NCBI GenBank assembly: GCA_013265495.1 | Contig: MU057724.1 | Coordinates: forward strand, 1,069,102 to 1,133,101 | Origin: Vicugna vicugna | Taxonomy: Eukaryota | Direction: 5' to 3' | DNA length: 64,000 bases | Part shown: positions 46,220-58,350 of the stretch, in pieces | How the letters are laid out: each line of letters opens with the position of its first letter | Numbering within the stretch: the stretch's first letter is position 1 | Program-made: the position numbers and the translations under genes | Notes under the pieces: generated by a model | What the model saw: only the letters and a program-made list of their open reading frames with translations | Told to the model about the DNA's origin: nothing | Database searches by the model: none

Positions 46220-46989
46220 TGCCCCCCAGTGTGAATAGGCAAAGACTCAGTGGTGCCAGCAGGCCATTGATATCCAACGTGATGAGAACCTCCAAACAGA
46301 TGCAGCTGCTCCTCACAGGCAGGTTTCTGATGTTCTGTAGAAAACCACATTGCCATAAACTGGCAGGGACTGCCAAACCACAAATGCAGGAGCCGGAATC
46401 AGGAGCCTCAGTGGGGAGCACGAAGCATGGAGAAATGATTCTGGGACTGCCCGTTCACCTGCCTTCACTGATGCTCATTTGGGGCAGGAGTTTTCCACTT
46501 ACGTCTTGCAGTTTTTAATGAATGTCCATGTGTGTGTCAGTTAGGATTGTACTCAGTCTTAAAGAGAAAACCTACCACGACTGCTTCAGTAAAAGAACTG
46601 AGTTGCCCTAGTTCAGCAGGAGTTCCAGGTGCAGGCAGCAGCATGCGATCAGCAGCCACCCTCAGTCTTCCTTCCCGCTTTGCGTCTCTGGGCAGCTCAT
46701 GTTCGGGCCACCCCTGAACGCAGCTGGGTGCACAATCTGCCCGAGCTCAGACAAGCTCTTCATCCTCCCTGGGCGTCTCCAAGCTGAGCACTTCCAGCCC
46801 CTCCAGCAGGCACCGAAACCTGAAAGAGCGGGGATGTTGCGGAGTGGGACTTAACGGTCCTGGGGCCACCCTGGCTCCTGCAAGGCGGCCTTGTCCCTTA
46901 AGCCCTGGGGCTAGCAGTTAACAGGCAGCGAATATATGGTATTTGTTGATTCACATTTTGGCTTTCCCGTATCTTGGTTTGAAGAACGA

Positions 46990-47850
46990 GGCTTACTGCA
47001 CCCTGGGCACTTTTGGGGGCCGCAGCAAGCAGGACTCTCGATAGTATTTACCTTGTGTCTCAGCTGCAGGCCCCCTGTCTCTGGTTTGCACACGCGGGCT
47101 TACCCCAAGCCCCAGTTCCAGTATCAGCTTAGTTTTCTGAGCCTCGAGTCCCACCCTGGTCCACTTCATTACATTTTCCCCTCTGGGTCTCTGACTCAGG
47201 CCCTGCTGGTACTCGCGGCAGAGGTGGGAAGTGCTTTGGGGGCCACCAGCTGCTACTGGACAGGCTTGTGCATTGGGGCACGGATGGAAGTAACTTGGCC
47301 AGGTCTCCCTTTGCCACCTGGTGGAGAGCTGCTGTCGCAAACAGTGGAGGCAGCACACTGTGCCCATTTGTGACTGGGGTAGCTGGGACTTCGAACTGGG
47401 GCTGGGATTCCTGCCAGCACCCCGCATGGGGCACAGACACGGGGTAGCCAGGGTTCCCCAGGGCCTGTGGGTCAGACAGCCCCTGGGGCAGCTCGCAGGG
47501 ACGGGACCCCCACCAGAGCCCACTGAGCGTGAGTGGGCTGGGGCTGCCGCAGGTCTCTGCTGGGCTCCCCTTTCCTGGCCCATGGTCTAGAAAAGCTTTG
47601 TTTTCCTTCTGGCAACGCCTATGGGTCCCTGACCCCAGTTCAACCACAGGAGGTAAAAGAAAGCCCAGGAAATGTGCCACACTCGGCTCCCCGGCCCTGA
47701 GCTCTCTAGCCAGTCCACGTTCTCTCTCCCCCAGATTTCAGAGTCCTTTAATCCCTTTCTGTGGAATAATTTCTGGGTATTTAGTTTTAGTTTGTGGGAA
47801 GAAGCAAAAGGAAAGTGACTTTACACTGCCTTGTTCTGGGACCAGAACAA
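46990..47850 (-). mobile_element. Old L1 (L1M4/L1MD-like) 5' end remnant
   Basis: 'gatttcagagtcctt...gggtatttagttttagtttgtgggaagaa...ccttgttctgggaccagaa' resembles the antisense 5' terminus of old L1 families. Confidence 0.5.
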
Positions 47851-48440
47851 GTGTAGCTTTTGAAATGTCTTCATCCTAATAATATATATTTATTTAGTAC
47901 TTTCCAACACTTGAAGCTAGTTCACATATGTAAACCGGATAGCGCTCGCATCACCAGGAGCCGTGAGGTAGCCATGTCTGCGCTAACGCCGGGCACGGAG
48001 CCGTGGGAGTGGCCCTGTCCCTGCCCCTCTTGCCTGACGGGGGTTATTGAGGGCTCTGAACACTGAGGCTGCCAGTGTCCTTGCACAAAGCCCATGTTTA
48101 ACAAAATCACCTTGGATATTCTTCAGGGTGTATTTATGCCAGAGTCAACATGGGAAACGTCTTCAAGCCCCAGTTAACATCGGACGGCCTGAACTCGTGT
48201 CCTGACTTCAGTGAGGAAGGGAGACTCTGGGATCTGTGCTCCGGGCTCCAGTTCCCCGTGCGCTTTGAAGGTTTTGGTCTCTGATAGGATCGCCTGTGGC
48301 CAAGCATGTTTGTTGCACAGAATTTTGGTTCAAAAGGAATCAAGTGTCCATCGTCCTAGCCTAGTTCTGAGGTCATATAAAAAATGCCTTGTGCAGCATT
48401 ATAAAAGGAGAATTTTTAAATAATTTACTAGCTCATGGCA

Positions 48441-48464
48441 GTGAACAGACTTAAGTCTGTTCAC
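48441..48464. repeat. Perfect 24-bp palindrome
   Basis: GTGAACAGACTTAAGTCTGTTCAC equals its own reverse complement. Confidence 0.97.
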
Positions 48465-51400
48465 ACGTCTTTTTAACCCTTTGTGAGCTATGTCCCATTT
48501 TTATCCCTATTTTATGTTAAAATAATGTACAAATAGATTAGTGACCTCCAATTGCTGCTAACTGTCAGAATAAGGATGCTGGATTCCAGACTCCATGATC
48601 TGACCCCCAAAAGTAACACGGTCTCACGTTCACACTTTACAAGTGACTTTTTCTATTTCATATGATACCGTGACTCTGTGAAGCAGGATTTATTTCACTC
48701 TGACATGCCTGGCTCTGTCTCCTCATTTGCAGATCAAGAAGAGTACATTAGCTGACACTCCCCAAATCAGGTCTAGCTAAAATTGGTTCTCCTTCCTGAC
48801 TCCCACTGCCTCTGACTTTTCTTTAACTCCGCTCTTGGGTCTTTCATGTCTGTGACTCTTAGCTTGTCCTTCCGTTTACTTTGCTTGTAATTGTTAAGAA
48901 TCATTAGCTTTGTGCTGGAAGGACCTATGTGCATAAGATAAAGTTCTTACCCACTTCTGCATCCTCAGTCATTGCCCACCCCATTCTGTGCTGATGAATT
49001 AAGAGGAAATTTGAAAACACACTGCCTTAGTATGCATGCACTTGGCTTGCCTGTTGGATGCATGCCTGTGTGAAGTTGTGTTTTAAGGGTCTGTCTGTTC
49101 CTCCTGTCGGTTATGTTAGTTTGTTATTATGCCAGAAGTGTTTTATTTTAAACTCACTTTCTGTGAGCATTTAACTATGAGGCTTATGATGACTGGATTG
49201 TTGCTCTTATTTCTTTGCCGATGCAGAAGTCATATTTCAATAGCTTCTTGGGTTTTATTCTGTTCATTCTGAAAATTTACATATGACTATCTGATCAAGT
49301 TATTAGCAGAATAATTTTCAGAACTATGAAAGAGAGAGTCACAAAATATTTCAGCATTTTAAGTAGAAAAATTTGTATTTCACTTATAGAAGACCAGGGT
49401 TTCTGAACGCTTAGAATTTTTTTTCTAGGACTCATTTTCTCAGTGGAGAATGAGGCATAGAGTAGCACGAAAAATATTATATTTGATAATTTTATCATTA
49501 AGGTTAATATTGTAGAGCACTTTTTAAATAATACTGGAGCCAACATATTCTATTCTTTCTGCCTGACAAATTTCTAGTCACTCAGGTGAATTAGAAATTT
49601 GCCATTGTTTCATATATGCATAAAAATATTCAAATACCTTTTAAGACATTATTTCCAGAATGTGTGCGGATAATTAGGATGTGTTATAACATGAAAACAG
49701 TTTAACCAAAAAACAGATGAAATGTATTAATGTAACTTTAGAGTCAATCCAACATTATATTCCAGCATATCATAAAATACATAACCTAAACTTATTTATG
49801 CTATGTGATCAAAATACATGTGATTATTCAGATTTTCAGAGCATTTTGGAAAAATAAGATAGGAAGAACTATTCCTTGTCCAAGACTGATTCATAATATC
49901 AGTATATGGCATATTTTTCCTCCTTTTCCTTGTAGAGAATGTACAATGTCAGGTCTGATTCACACTCAGGAAGGCACCACCGTCCTGGAGGAGACCAGGA
50001 CCTTGTTATGGGGGAGATGCCACGCTCACACCTCTCTGCAAAGCCCTGTTCTTTGGATTTCTGTCTGAATTCTACAATTCACTTTTAAGAAATAATTTTT
50101 CCAAAATATTTTCCGAATAATTAAAAAAATCATTCAGCACCACTGGTATGGCTCTCACTGAACCCAGCGCACCCTCAGCTGCCCTCTGCAGGTTGTTGAG
50201 TTTAGCTAACCTCCCTGTTGCCACCAGACTGTAGCAGGAAGTCTCTCCAATCACAGGAGGCCTCAGGGCGAGGAGGAAGGCCACGTCTCCCTTAGGCACG
50301 TCTGTTTTCCTCTTAATATCAGATCTGAAGCAGGGCTACATTTTGGTCTTGCCTCCCAACCTGATAAGTGCTGGTTCAATGTGTGATTAGAAAATGGAGG
50401 CGTGCCAGGTACACCACGGCTGGGTGGGAGCTGGGAGAGTTGGTGGCGGAGAGGGAGGGAGACCCGGCCACCCGGGAGGGTTCCGTCCAGGTGTTCTCAG
50501 GTGGAACTTACCATGAAGCCCTCACTGGCTTTTACTGTTCAAATTTATGGTTTAAAAATAACCCATTTGAGAATCAGTGGTATCACTGGTGAGGGTGCAC
50601 ATCGGCAACTGGAAAATGCGATGGCGGCACGTCGGCATTTCCTGCTGTTCAGGCCATGAGGCTTTGAGTCACTAGGACCCAATGGCAGCGGTTTCCACTC
50701 AGGAGAAACCATGCTCCCCGAAGCAGCAACAGTTTATTTCATGTCCTCAGTTCTTCATTACATTTATCATAATTTCTAAAACTTTATTTCAAATAAATAT
50801 TTAGGAAAGTGATAATAACGTGAATTAAGATTTGTTCACGATCAAGTGCTGCTCTCAGTGCTTTTCATGCTCTGTAAGTATAGACCCCGGTAATCCTTGT
50901 GCTGTCCCTTCATGGTGGTGCGGTGGCACTGTTGCCGTCTCTACTTTACGTAGAAGAAGAGAGAAGCAGGCAGATCTCACCTGGTCTGTCCAGGCCACGT
51001 AGCAGGTCTCTGAGCCGGATTCATGAGGCAGCAGGGGAGAGCTCAGTTCACCCGCTCCATGAGCTCCGGAGAATCCTGAGAAGTTTGGAAGGAAAATCAA
51101 GAGCCTTTTGTCTGAAGACAAGCATTTGTTTTCTTTTCCAGTTACATAAATACTGGTTTTTCAAATGACGAAAGTGTCAGTTTTTCTAAAGAGGTAGACA
51201 TAAAACTATGCTCATTTTGAAAACAAACATTGACTTCTTTACTTGAAAAGAATTGGAATCAGAATAATGAAATCTCGCGCCCCGGGTCCTCGTCTTGAGT
51301 TGAGATGGACTGGGTTCTGGCTGAGTGAAGAGCTCTACCTCAAAGCTGCTCAGGAAAAAGGGGGACCATGTGGGCTCCTGAAAATGAGTGAAGAGTTAAA

Positions 51401-52299
51401 GCCCCAAACAGCTGGGCCTCAGAAACACCTGGGACCAAAAAACTACTGCTGGAACCGTTTTCCATAGATTCTGTGTGATTTTCTCTCTTAGGCTTGCCTT
51501 TCTCTCTCTTGCTCGCTTTCTCTATGTGATAGGAAGACATAGCCTGTGAATATGCCCGATTCTTTATTTTATCACTGCTACCCCAGGGAGAAGACTGATC
51601 CTCAGCTACAATTTAAAGCGTTTGAGGAAAGCTCTGTGGCCTCCTTGCGGTGTGCAGGAGTCTCAGAGGCATGGCTGTGCTCACAGGCGCCATTTGGGTG
51701 AGGCTGGTGCCAGAACCAGTGCTGGGGAGCAGACTGGACCCTGAGATTGCCTCAGCGTCCAGCAGAAAGTCGTGCGGCAGCGGCAAGAACGTCGGACTGG
51801 AGAGTTAAAGAAACGGTGATTCAAGTCCAGGAACAAGGACTCCTGGCTCGGGGATTCGAGTCTCTTATTAAACCCCTTTCACGGCATTTCGTTCATCTGA
51901 AAAATGTGTGAGAATTAAGTGAGGTGCTATGTAAGCAAATAATACTGGCTGGCTGTCATTTTCTGCCTAAGCCCTCGTGTTGATTCAGTCCATGCAACAG
52001 TTAATGCTGTAAATACGGTTAATATTCCCCTTCAAATGAGAAACGGAACCAGAGGGACATTGAGCGCGCCGGTCTGTGCTCGTACTTGGTGGACAAATCA
52101 AACTGAGCCAGACGTCGAAGGGACACTGTTTGCTGGATTTATCTGATCTAAGAACATGGGGATGTCTTCTGTTTTTACGGCCAATAAATAGACACTTGTG
52201 ACGTACGCAAAGGATAGCGTCTCAGGACCATTACTTCCACACGTGAGTGCCTCCAAATAAAGTCACAGCATCTTCCAGCAGAGCCAGAAATGCTGTACT

Positions 52300-52460
52300 G
52301 GAGGAGTGACCACGTCCAGTGTCTGCCTTGACTCTGCCGTTTATTATTTTTGTGAACTTAGGCAAATTACGATCTTTGAGTCTCAGTCCCCACATCTGTA
52401 AAATAAAACACTGGAGCTAGATTGTGTCTAAAGCCCCTTGCAGTTCTGATGTTCCTAGCT
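52300..52460 (+). mobile_element. MIR3-like remnant
   Basis: 'gagtctcagtccccacatctgtaaaat...ctagattgtgtctaaagccccttgcagttctgatgttc'. Confidence 0.55.
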
Positions 52461-53463
52461 CTACACACAGCGCACAGACACCGAGCACATTGCAGGGAAG
52501 GCAAGCTCGTCAGTGCAGCAGCGTCGACGAAATTTTATACACAAGTAGAAAAACAGTTTTAAAGGAACCTGCAGGAAACAACGTCTCTGCGCTTTGGGGA
52601 GGAATGGAGGCTGCCAGATTGGTGTGAGAAGTACCATGATTCAGTCAAATAAATATTATTAATTTACTTGAGTTGTACTGTGCAGAGTATTTTAGAATAA
52701 TTAGATGCTGGATTTCTCCAAGATTTGAAACAGGAGATTATGACTATACCAAAAAGAATAGTTTGAGTTTTAAATCATAAAAATAGCACAGTTTTTGAGC
52801 TTAAAAGCAAATAAGAAGGAAGCACAAATGCAGGAAGCCAAGCGTGTTTATCTTGAGTCTAAATCTCAAGTTTATGTTTGTGGGCGGGGAAGTGAACAGG
52901 AGGGGTGTGTTTGGTGGTAAAGCTACTGAGTGGACCTGCCCTCCAGGGGGCTGTCAGCAGTCAGGCGTGCCCAGCCTCCACCTCCACGCCAGGAACACGC
53001 CCAGCTTTCTGAGCCGAGGTCTCCTCTGCCACAGACACGCACCTTGCAGGCTGTGCACTATTTTTCAGACTCTAATCCTCGCCCTCTTTGGATAAATATG
53101 AAAAAACACAACAATTTGGCCATAGACACGTGCTTGGTCACGTGCACCCTGTCTCCCTTGATCTTTACTCATTTTGCAAAGCATAGTCAACGGGCAGACA
53201 CTTTCCACTCATTCCAGGCAGCAGGTCCAGGATGCTCCCATGTGAGAGGGGCTGGGGATGGGAAGGTAGCGGGGAGGGAGCGAGGTACATCTGGAACTAC
53301 GGGGGGCCTGTGGGGAAGGGAGGAGTGGAGAGGCTGTGTGGGCGCTGTCAGGAGGTAGGTCCCAGCCCCGCCGTCTACACTGTGCTGGGCTGCTTGGATG
53401 TCATCTTCAGGGTAATTGGTAGAACTTGAAGGCTTTTGAACAGGGAATGATATTTTAAAAACA

Positions 53464-53797
53464 AATTTATTTTTATTGAAGTCTGTTTGATTTAACATGT
53501 TGTATTAATTTCAGGTGTACAGCAAAGTGATTCAGTTTTATATATACATATTTTTTCAGATTCTTTTCTGAATTATAGGTTATTACAAGATATTGAATAT
53601 TGATCCCTGTGCTATACAGCAGGTCCTTCTTGTTTATCTTTTTTGTAGATAGTAGTATGTATCTGCTAATCCCAAACTCCTGATTTAGCCCCTCCTCTTC
53701 CCCTTTGGTAACTTAAGTGTGTTTTCTGTGTCCCTGAGTCTGTTTTGTGAACAGGTTCATCTGCATCATTGTTTAGATTCCACATGTAAATAACATT
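53464..53797 (-). mobile_element. Short cetartiodactyl L1 3' end with TSD, inserted in an antisense L2
   Basis: 'tcaggtgtacagcaaagtgattcagtt', 'ttataggttattacaagatattgaat', 'ctaatcccaaactcct'; TSD-like ATATTTTAAAAACA (53450-53463) / ATATTTTAGAAAGA (53798-53811). Confidence 0.9.
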
Positions 53798-55332
53798 ATA
53801 TTTTAGAAAGATTGTTCTGGCTACCTTGTGAGGAAGTAATAGGAAGGGTGAGACTGGAAACAGAGGACCGATGAGGAAACGGCTGGTACGCTCCTGGCAG
53901 GGGCCACAGCTGCACGGGGGAGGGCAGCAGAAATCAGGACAGGAAGGTGCATTTGGACGCACTAATGATTAGATAATGGAGAGCAGGGAGAAAGGGGAAG
54001 ACAGCCCAGAGACTGTCTGGTAGAATGCAGGACCACTGCTTCCCTTCGTAGGAAACTGACTTGTATGTGCCTCCGCAGGGATAGATGGGGCTCTGATTTC
54101 TTTGCTTATAAGATGGGACGGCAGTACATTTATTTAACACATGCTTATTGAGTGTCTATTATGTGCTAAACACGAACGTGCCAGGGATTCAAGCAGCTCG
54201 TAACTTCTAGCGTTGTGGTAAAGATTAAAGAGCTCTGCGGAAGCACGTGGCAAAATAAGGTCTTTAATACTGAATGTGAAAATTAGATCCCTGGGGTGCG
54301 AGGTCTCAGAGTCATTCACTGCGGAAGCGACGTACTCCCAAGGAGTCATGAAGCTCATCAAAACCCTAATTTTGCAGTGTTCATGTAGGCACTGCAGAGG
54401 CTTTGGGAAGAAGGACAGTCGACTGGTGCACTGACTGCTGCTCGGAGCTCCCCCACAGCCGCATCACTGTACAGAAGCACTGATACTCCAGTCGTCAGAA
54501 AACGACAACTTTAAGAGAAATGAACGTGTTTGCTGGTTTCAGTGTTTGTAAAAGGAGAGAGTAGGATGAGGAACAGGTCTTGTGTGGCTCTTGTGGCTCC
54601 TAGCAAGCCCACGTGTGCAAGAGCGAGGACGCGAGGCCGTCATACCCAGCTGCATAGTCTCTGCGGTTGATCCCCTCCTGCCGACAACTTTAAGAGACCA
54701 GGTGTTAGGAGGACCTCGGTGTTAAGAAAGCCGAAGCGAGTCTTTCATCATATTCCTTCTACATGACGGAACGTCAGATTGCTGAGAGATTCCTGCGACA
54801 GGTTCCCCTCTGTCCTGTGGTCCCTTCCCTAGGCTGAAATGGTATAAAGGAGGGGGCTTCACTGAGGACGTGTCTTGCTCAGGGACGGAGACACGGCCCA
54901 GATGCTCGCAGGTCAGAGCCGAGGGCGGGATGCTGAGGTCTGAGTGCGGATCCGGAAGGAGGGAGCTAGGGTGTAGGCTCTGGCTCGGGTGTGCGCTCCT
55001 CTCTAAGGGCATCTGCAAAATGAATGCTGAACGTGTTTTTTCATAACAGTGAAAATTCTCTTTGGATTTCTTTCGGTTGGCAAAAACAGGCACTAATGTA
55101 GGTCTTTCCTAAAAATGATGTGGCATAAAGCAAGCTTTCAAAAATCTGGGGATTCTGCATTAATTCTTATGATGTTCGTGTAAAAACTTTCTCTCAGAAC
55201 AACATTTACCTCTTACACTGTCTGTGTTGTCTTGTTTTGGTACTTCCTAGGAAGTAGTGCTATCAAGGAAACCAGGGGAAGAGACACTTTCAGTTTCTTT
55301 TTTTTTCCCTTAGCATTAGGAAAAAACCCTGC

Positions 55333-55710
55333 AGTTTTGAGCTAAATTGTAGCCCCCAACCCTAGCCCCAAATCCCCAGATTCGTATGTTGAGGTCCCAC
55401 CCACCAGTAGGTCAGAATGAAGACAGAGTTTCTGAAGAGGTACGTAAACCACAATGGGGTCATTGGGCGGCCCTGCCCAGTAGGACCGGGTCCTTACAGG
55501 AGGAGGAGATCAGGACACGGCCACCCAGAGGGAAGGCCTCGTTCAGACGCGGAGAAGACCGCCACCTACAAGCCAAGGAGGGCGGCCCCCACAGAAACCA
55601 GCCCTGCAGGCACACTGACCTCCGAGCTCTGACCTCCTCAGCCAGAAGGAAACGACCTTCTGTTGTGAGCCACCCAGTCCGCGGTGCTTTGCTCTGGCGG
55701 CCCCAATCCC
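55333..55710 (+). mobile_element. MLT1B-like MaLR solo LTR, GC-shifted
   Basis: 'ttcgtatgttgaggtcc', 'ctacaagccaaggag', 'agaaaccagccctgc', 'gagccacccagtccgcggtgctttg'. Confidence 0.8.
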
Positions 55711-56458
55711 TTCTTAGCTCCTGAAGCGTCTCTCCTGAAGGGCGGACGTAACAACTACATGAGTAGGTATTTCTCACTGACTGTGTGAAACAGCATGAGA
55801 TGCTTCTGAAGCATAAAAATCATTATGAACTTTAAAGTATATGTTAGGCCAACAGATATCCAAAAACAAGATGCTCAGGGGCCTCACGTGAATGCAACAG
55901 ACACAGGAGCTTTCTTTTAACCATCTACTTGTAGATACTGATCCAGATGCAAATCACTGGTTAATAAGGCAGAAAATTATCCCATTTACATGCCAACTTG
56001 CCTCCAGGGGGCTTCCCCTCCTTCCGTTTGTGCTGGGCAGTGGCGGAGAAAATTGTTGCCAAATTCCTGAAGAAATTGCCCTCTGCATTTAAGCTTATTG
56101 TTAAAATTACAGTGTTCAGTTGAAGAAAGTATACAAGTGAGATTTATTCTAAAAGATGGGATTCAATACTTCATAGAATTTTCCAAGTATTTTCTTAGCC
56201 AAAGGGTTTATAACTGGATTGCAGCTTCTTCTTGCTGATACGTAGTTGCTTGCTCTGAACACATTATCTCATTTTCATGGCGTACAGTCTCATAAATGGT
56301 ACCATAAAATAATTGCTCACCTACTGAGCCATCTACAGCCACACGTGAAAGCGCTCAGTATTGCTGTCACAGAGCAAGAGTCCAGCTGCTCGTGCTTGGA
56401 AGGCTAACGTTCATAAAGGAGACCATGTATTTAAGAAGTAAACTGGGCGTATGTTCTT

Positions 56459-57200
56459 CATTTTTCTTTATTGAAGTCTAGTCAATTTACAGTGCTGTGC
56501 CAATTTCTGGTGTACAGCACAACAGTTCATACATGTACACATTTGTTTTCAAATTCTTTTGCATTATAGGTTAGTACAAGACATTGGAACATAGTTCCCT
56601 GTGCTACCATATTATACAGTATTTGTCTTGGTCTAACTTACTTCTCTTAAGATGACGATCTCTAGGTCCATCCATGTTGCTACAAATGGCATTATTATAT
56701 TCTTTTTATGGCTGAGTAGTATTCCATTGTGAAAATATACCACAGCTTCTTTATCCAGTCATCTGTCAGTGGACATTTAGGCTGTTTCCATGTCTTGGCT
56801 ACTGTAAATAGTGCTGCTATGAACACTGGGGTGCAGGTGTCTTTTTAAATTAAAGTTCTATCTGGATATATGCCCAAGAGTGGGATTGCTGGATCATATT
56901 CTAAGTCTATTTTTAGTTTATTGGGGAATCTCCATACTGTCCTCCATAGTGGCTGCACCAAACTGCATTCCCACCAACAGTGTAGGAGGGTCCCCTTTTC
57001 TCCACACCCTCTCCAGCATTTATCATTTATGGACTTTTTAATGATGTCCATTCTGTCTGGTGTGAGGTGAGACTTCTTTGTAGTTTTGATTTGCATTTCT
57101 CTGATAATTAGTGATATTGAGCATTTTTTCATGTGCCTGTTGGCCATTTGTATGTCTTCACTGGAGAATTGCTTGTTTAGGTCTTCTGCCCAATTTTTGA
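56459..57200 (-). mobile_element. Relatively young camelid-type L1, 5'-truncated (ORF2 C-terminus + 3' UTR) with TSD
   Basis: Encodes [20 protein letters not shown] and the C-terminal cysteine motif [18 protein letters not shown]; after a TAA the frame continues KDTCTPVFIAALFTVAKTWKQPKCP; TSD GCGTATGTTCTT (56447-56458) / ACATATGTTCTT (57201-57212). Confidence 0.95.
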
Positions 57201-58169
57201 ACATATGTTCTTTTAATGTCAGGAACTCAGTAATCAATTTCTTCCTCAAAGTGTGAAATTCAGTCTTAACTAAGAACCTAAGCCCCCATTTGAAGCAATT
57301 ACATGTGAAGTTCTAAATATAGTTATCCCTATCTCTTGTTTTTTTCCATCCTCAAAACAGCCTCAAATGGCTTAATCGCTACATGAAAATGCATTAACTA
57401 AACTGAGGGAGAAGGTTAATTTGGTTCAGTATCATTATCCTTTATTCTTTGTTTCCTTAAATAAGCATCAAGTTTTTTTTTCTTTCTTTATCACTGTGTG
57501 TCACATAGTAATCACTCAAGTATTTAATTAGTGTCTCCAAAGTTTAAGTATGTAGTATTAGAAAATAAGTTTTTCAGTGAAAAGCACAGAAAATACAAAG
57601 TTTTTTGGTTTCACTGAGACAAGTGCTGTGTTATGCTGTGGAATCACTCCCTGAACTCGGTGCTATGCTGGTGCCGTGGGAAGAGATAAGCCGTCCACTC
57701 AGACTCGAGGCTGGTCTGATAGAAGGGTGTCCCGGGTGATGAGCCGCATCCTTGGCGCACACCGTGCTGGCACTACGAGCCTGGGGCAAGGGTGTGGGCA
57801 CCCTTGTTGGCCCACAAGATGCCCATCCTGCGACAGCCTGGGAAACCGAGCTGGGAGCTCCGTGCCCACCGCACACGTGCTGTGTTCCCCATGCAGCCTG
57901 TATGCTCGGAGCTCTTGCCACCCCGGTGCCCATTGGTGGCGCTGAGTGTCAGGCAGAAGGGTGCTAGGTCAGGCATGGTGTGCCCCGTGACCATCACAGT
58001 GCTGACTGCCCGACCTCCAGTGTATCAGTACCCAGCACGTGGCTGGCTCACTGCTGTCATGTGGGGACCACGTGTGGGGGTCCCTGGAAGGAAAGAGGCA
58101 TGTTGGTGCTGGGAGAATGAAAGTGTTTCATGGGGGGAGTAACATACTAGCTTCCCCCAAGACAAGGAA

Positions 58170-58350
58170 CTGTGGCACAGGCTTTAGTGTCAGACAAACC
58201 CAAGCTGACTCGCAGCTATGCCCATCCATAGCTGCCATATTGGCCAAGTCACTGACGATCTCTGGGTCCCCACTTCCTGATCTGTGAAATGGGGCTCTAC
58301 TCATAGAGTTGTGAGAATGAGATGAGACACTGTACATACAACATTCAAAA
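58170..58350 (+). mobile_element. MIR SINE
   Basis: 'ttggccaagtcactgacgatctctgggtccccacttcctgatctgtgaaatgggg...tcatagagttgtgagaatgagatgaga'. Confidence 0.65.

Noticed and set aside
45416..47879. Cluster of the longest ORFs (145-196 aa) on both strands
   Set aside because: They overlap in several frames within GC-rich LTR and old L1 5' sequence, with P/G/S/C-rich translations typical of chance ORFs.
56845..57249. 134-aa ORF as a host gene
   Set aside because: It is the C-terminus of L1 ORF2 with a start codon borrowed from flanking DNA.
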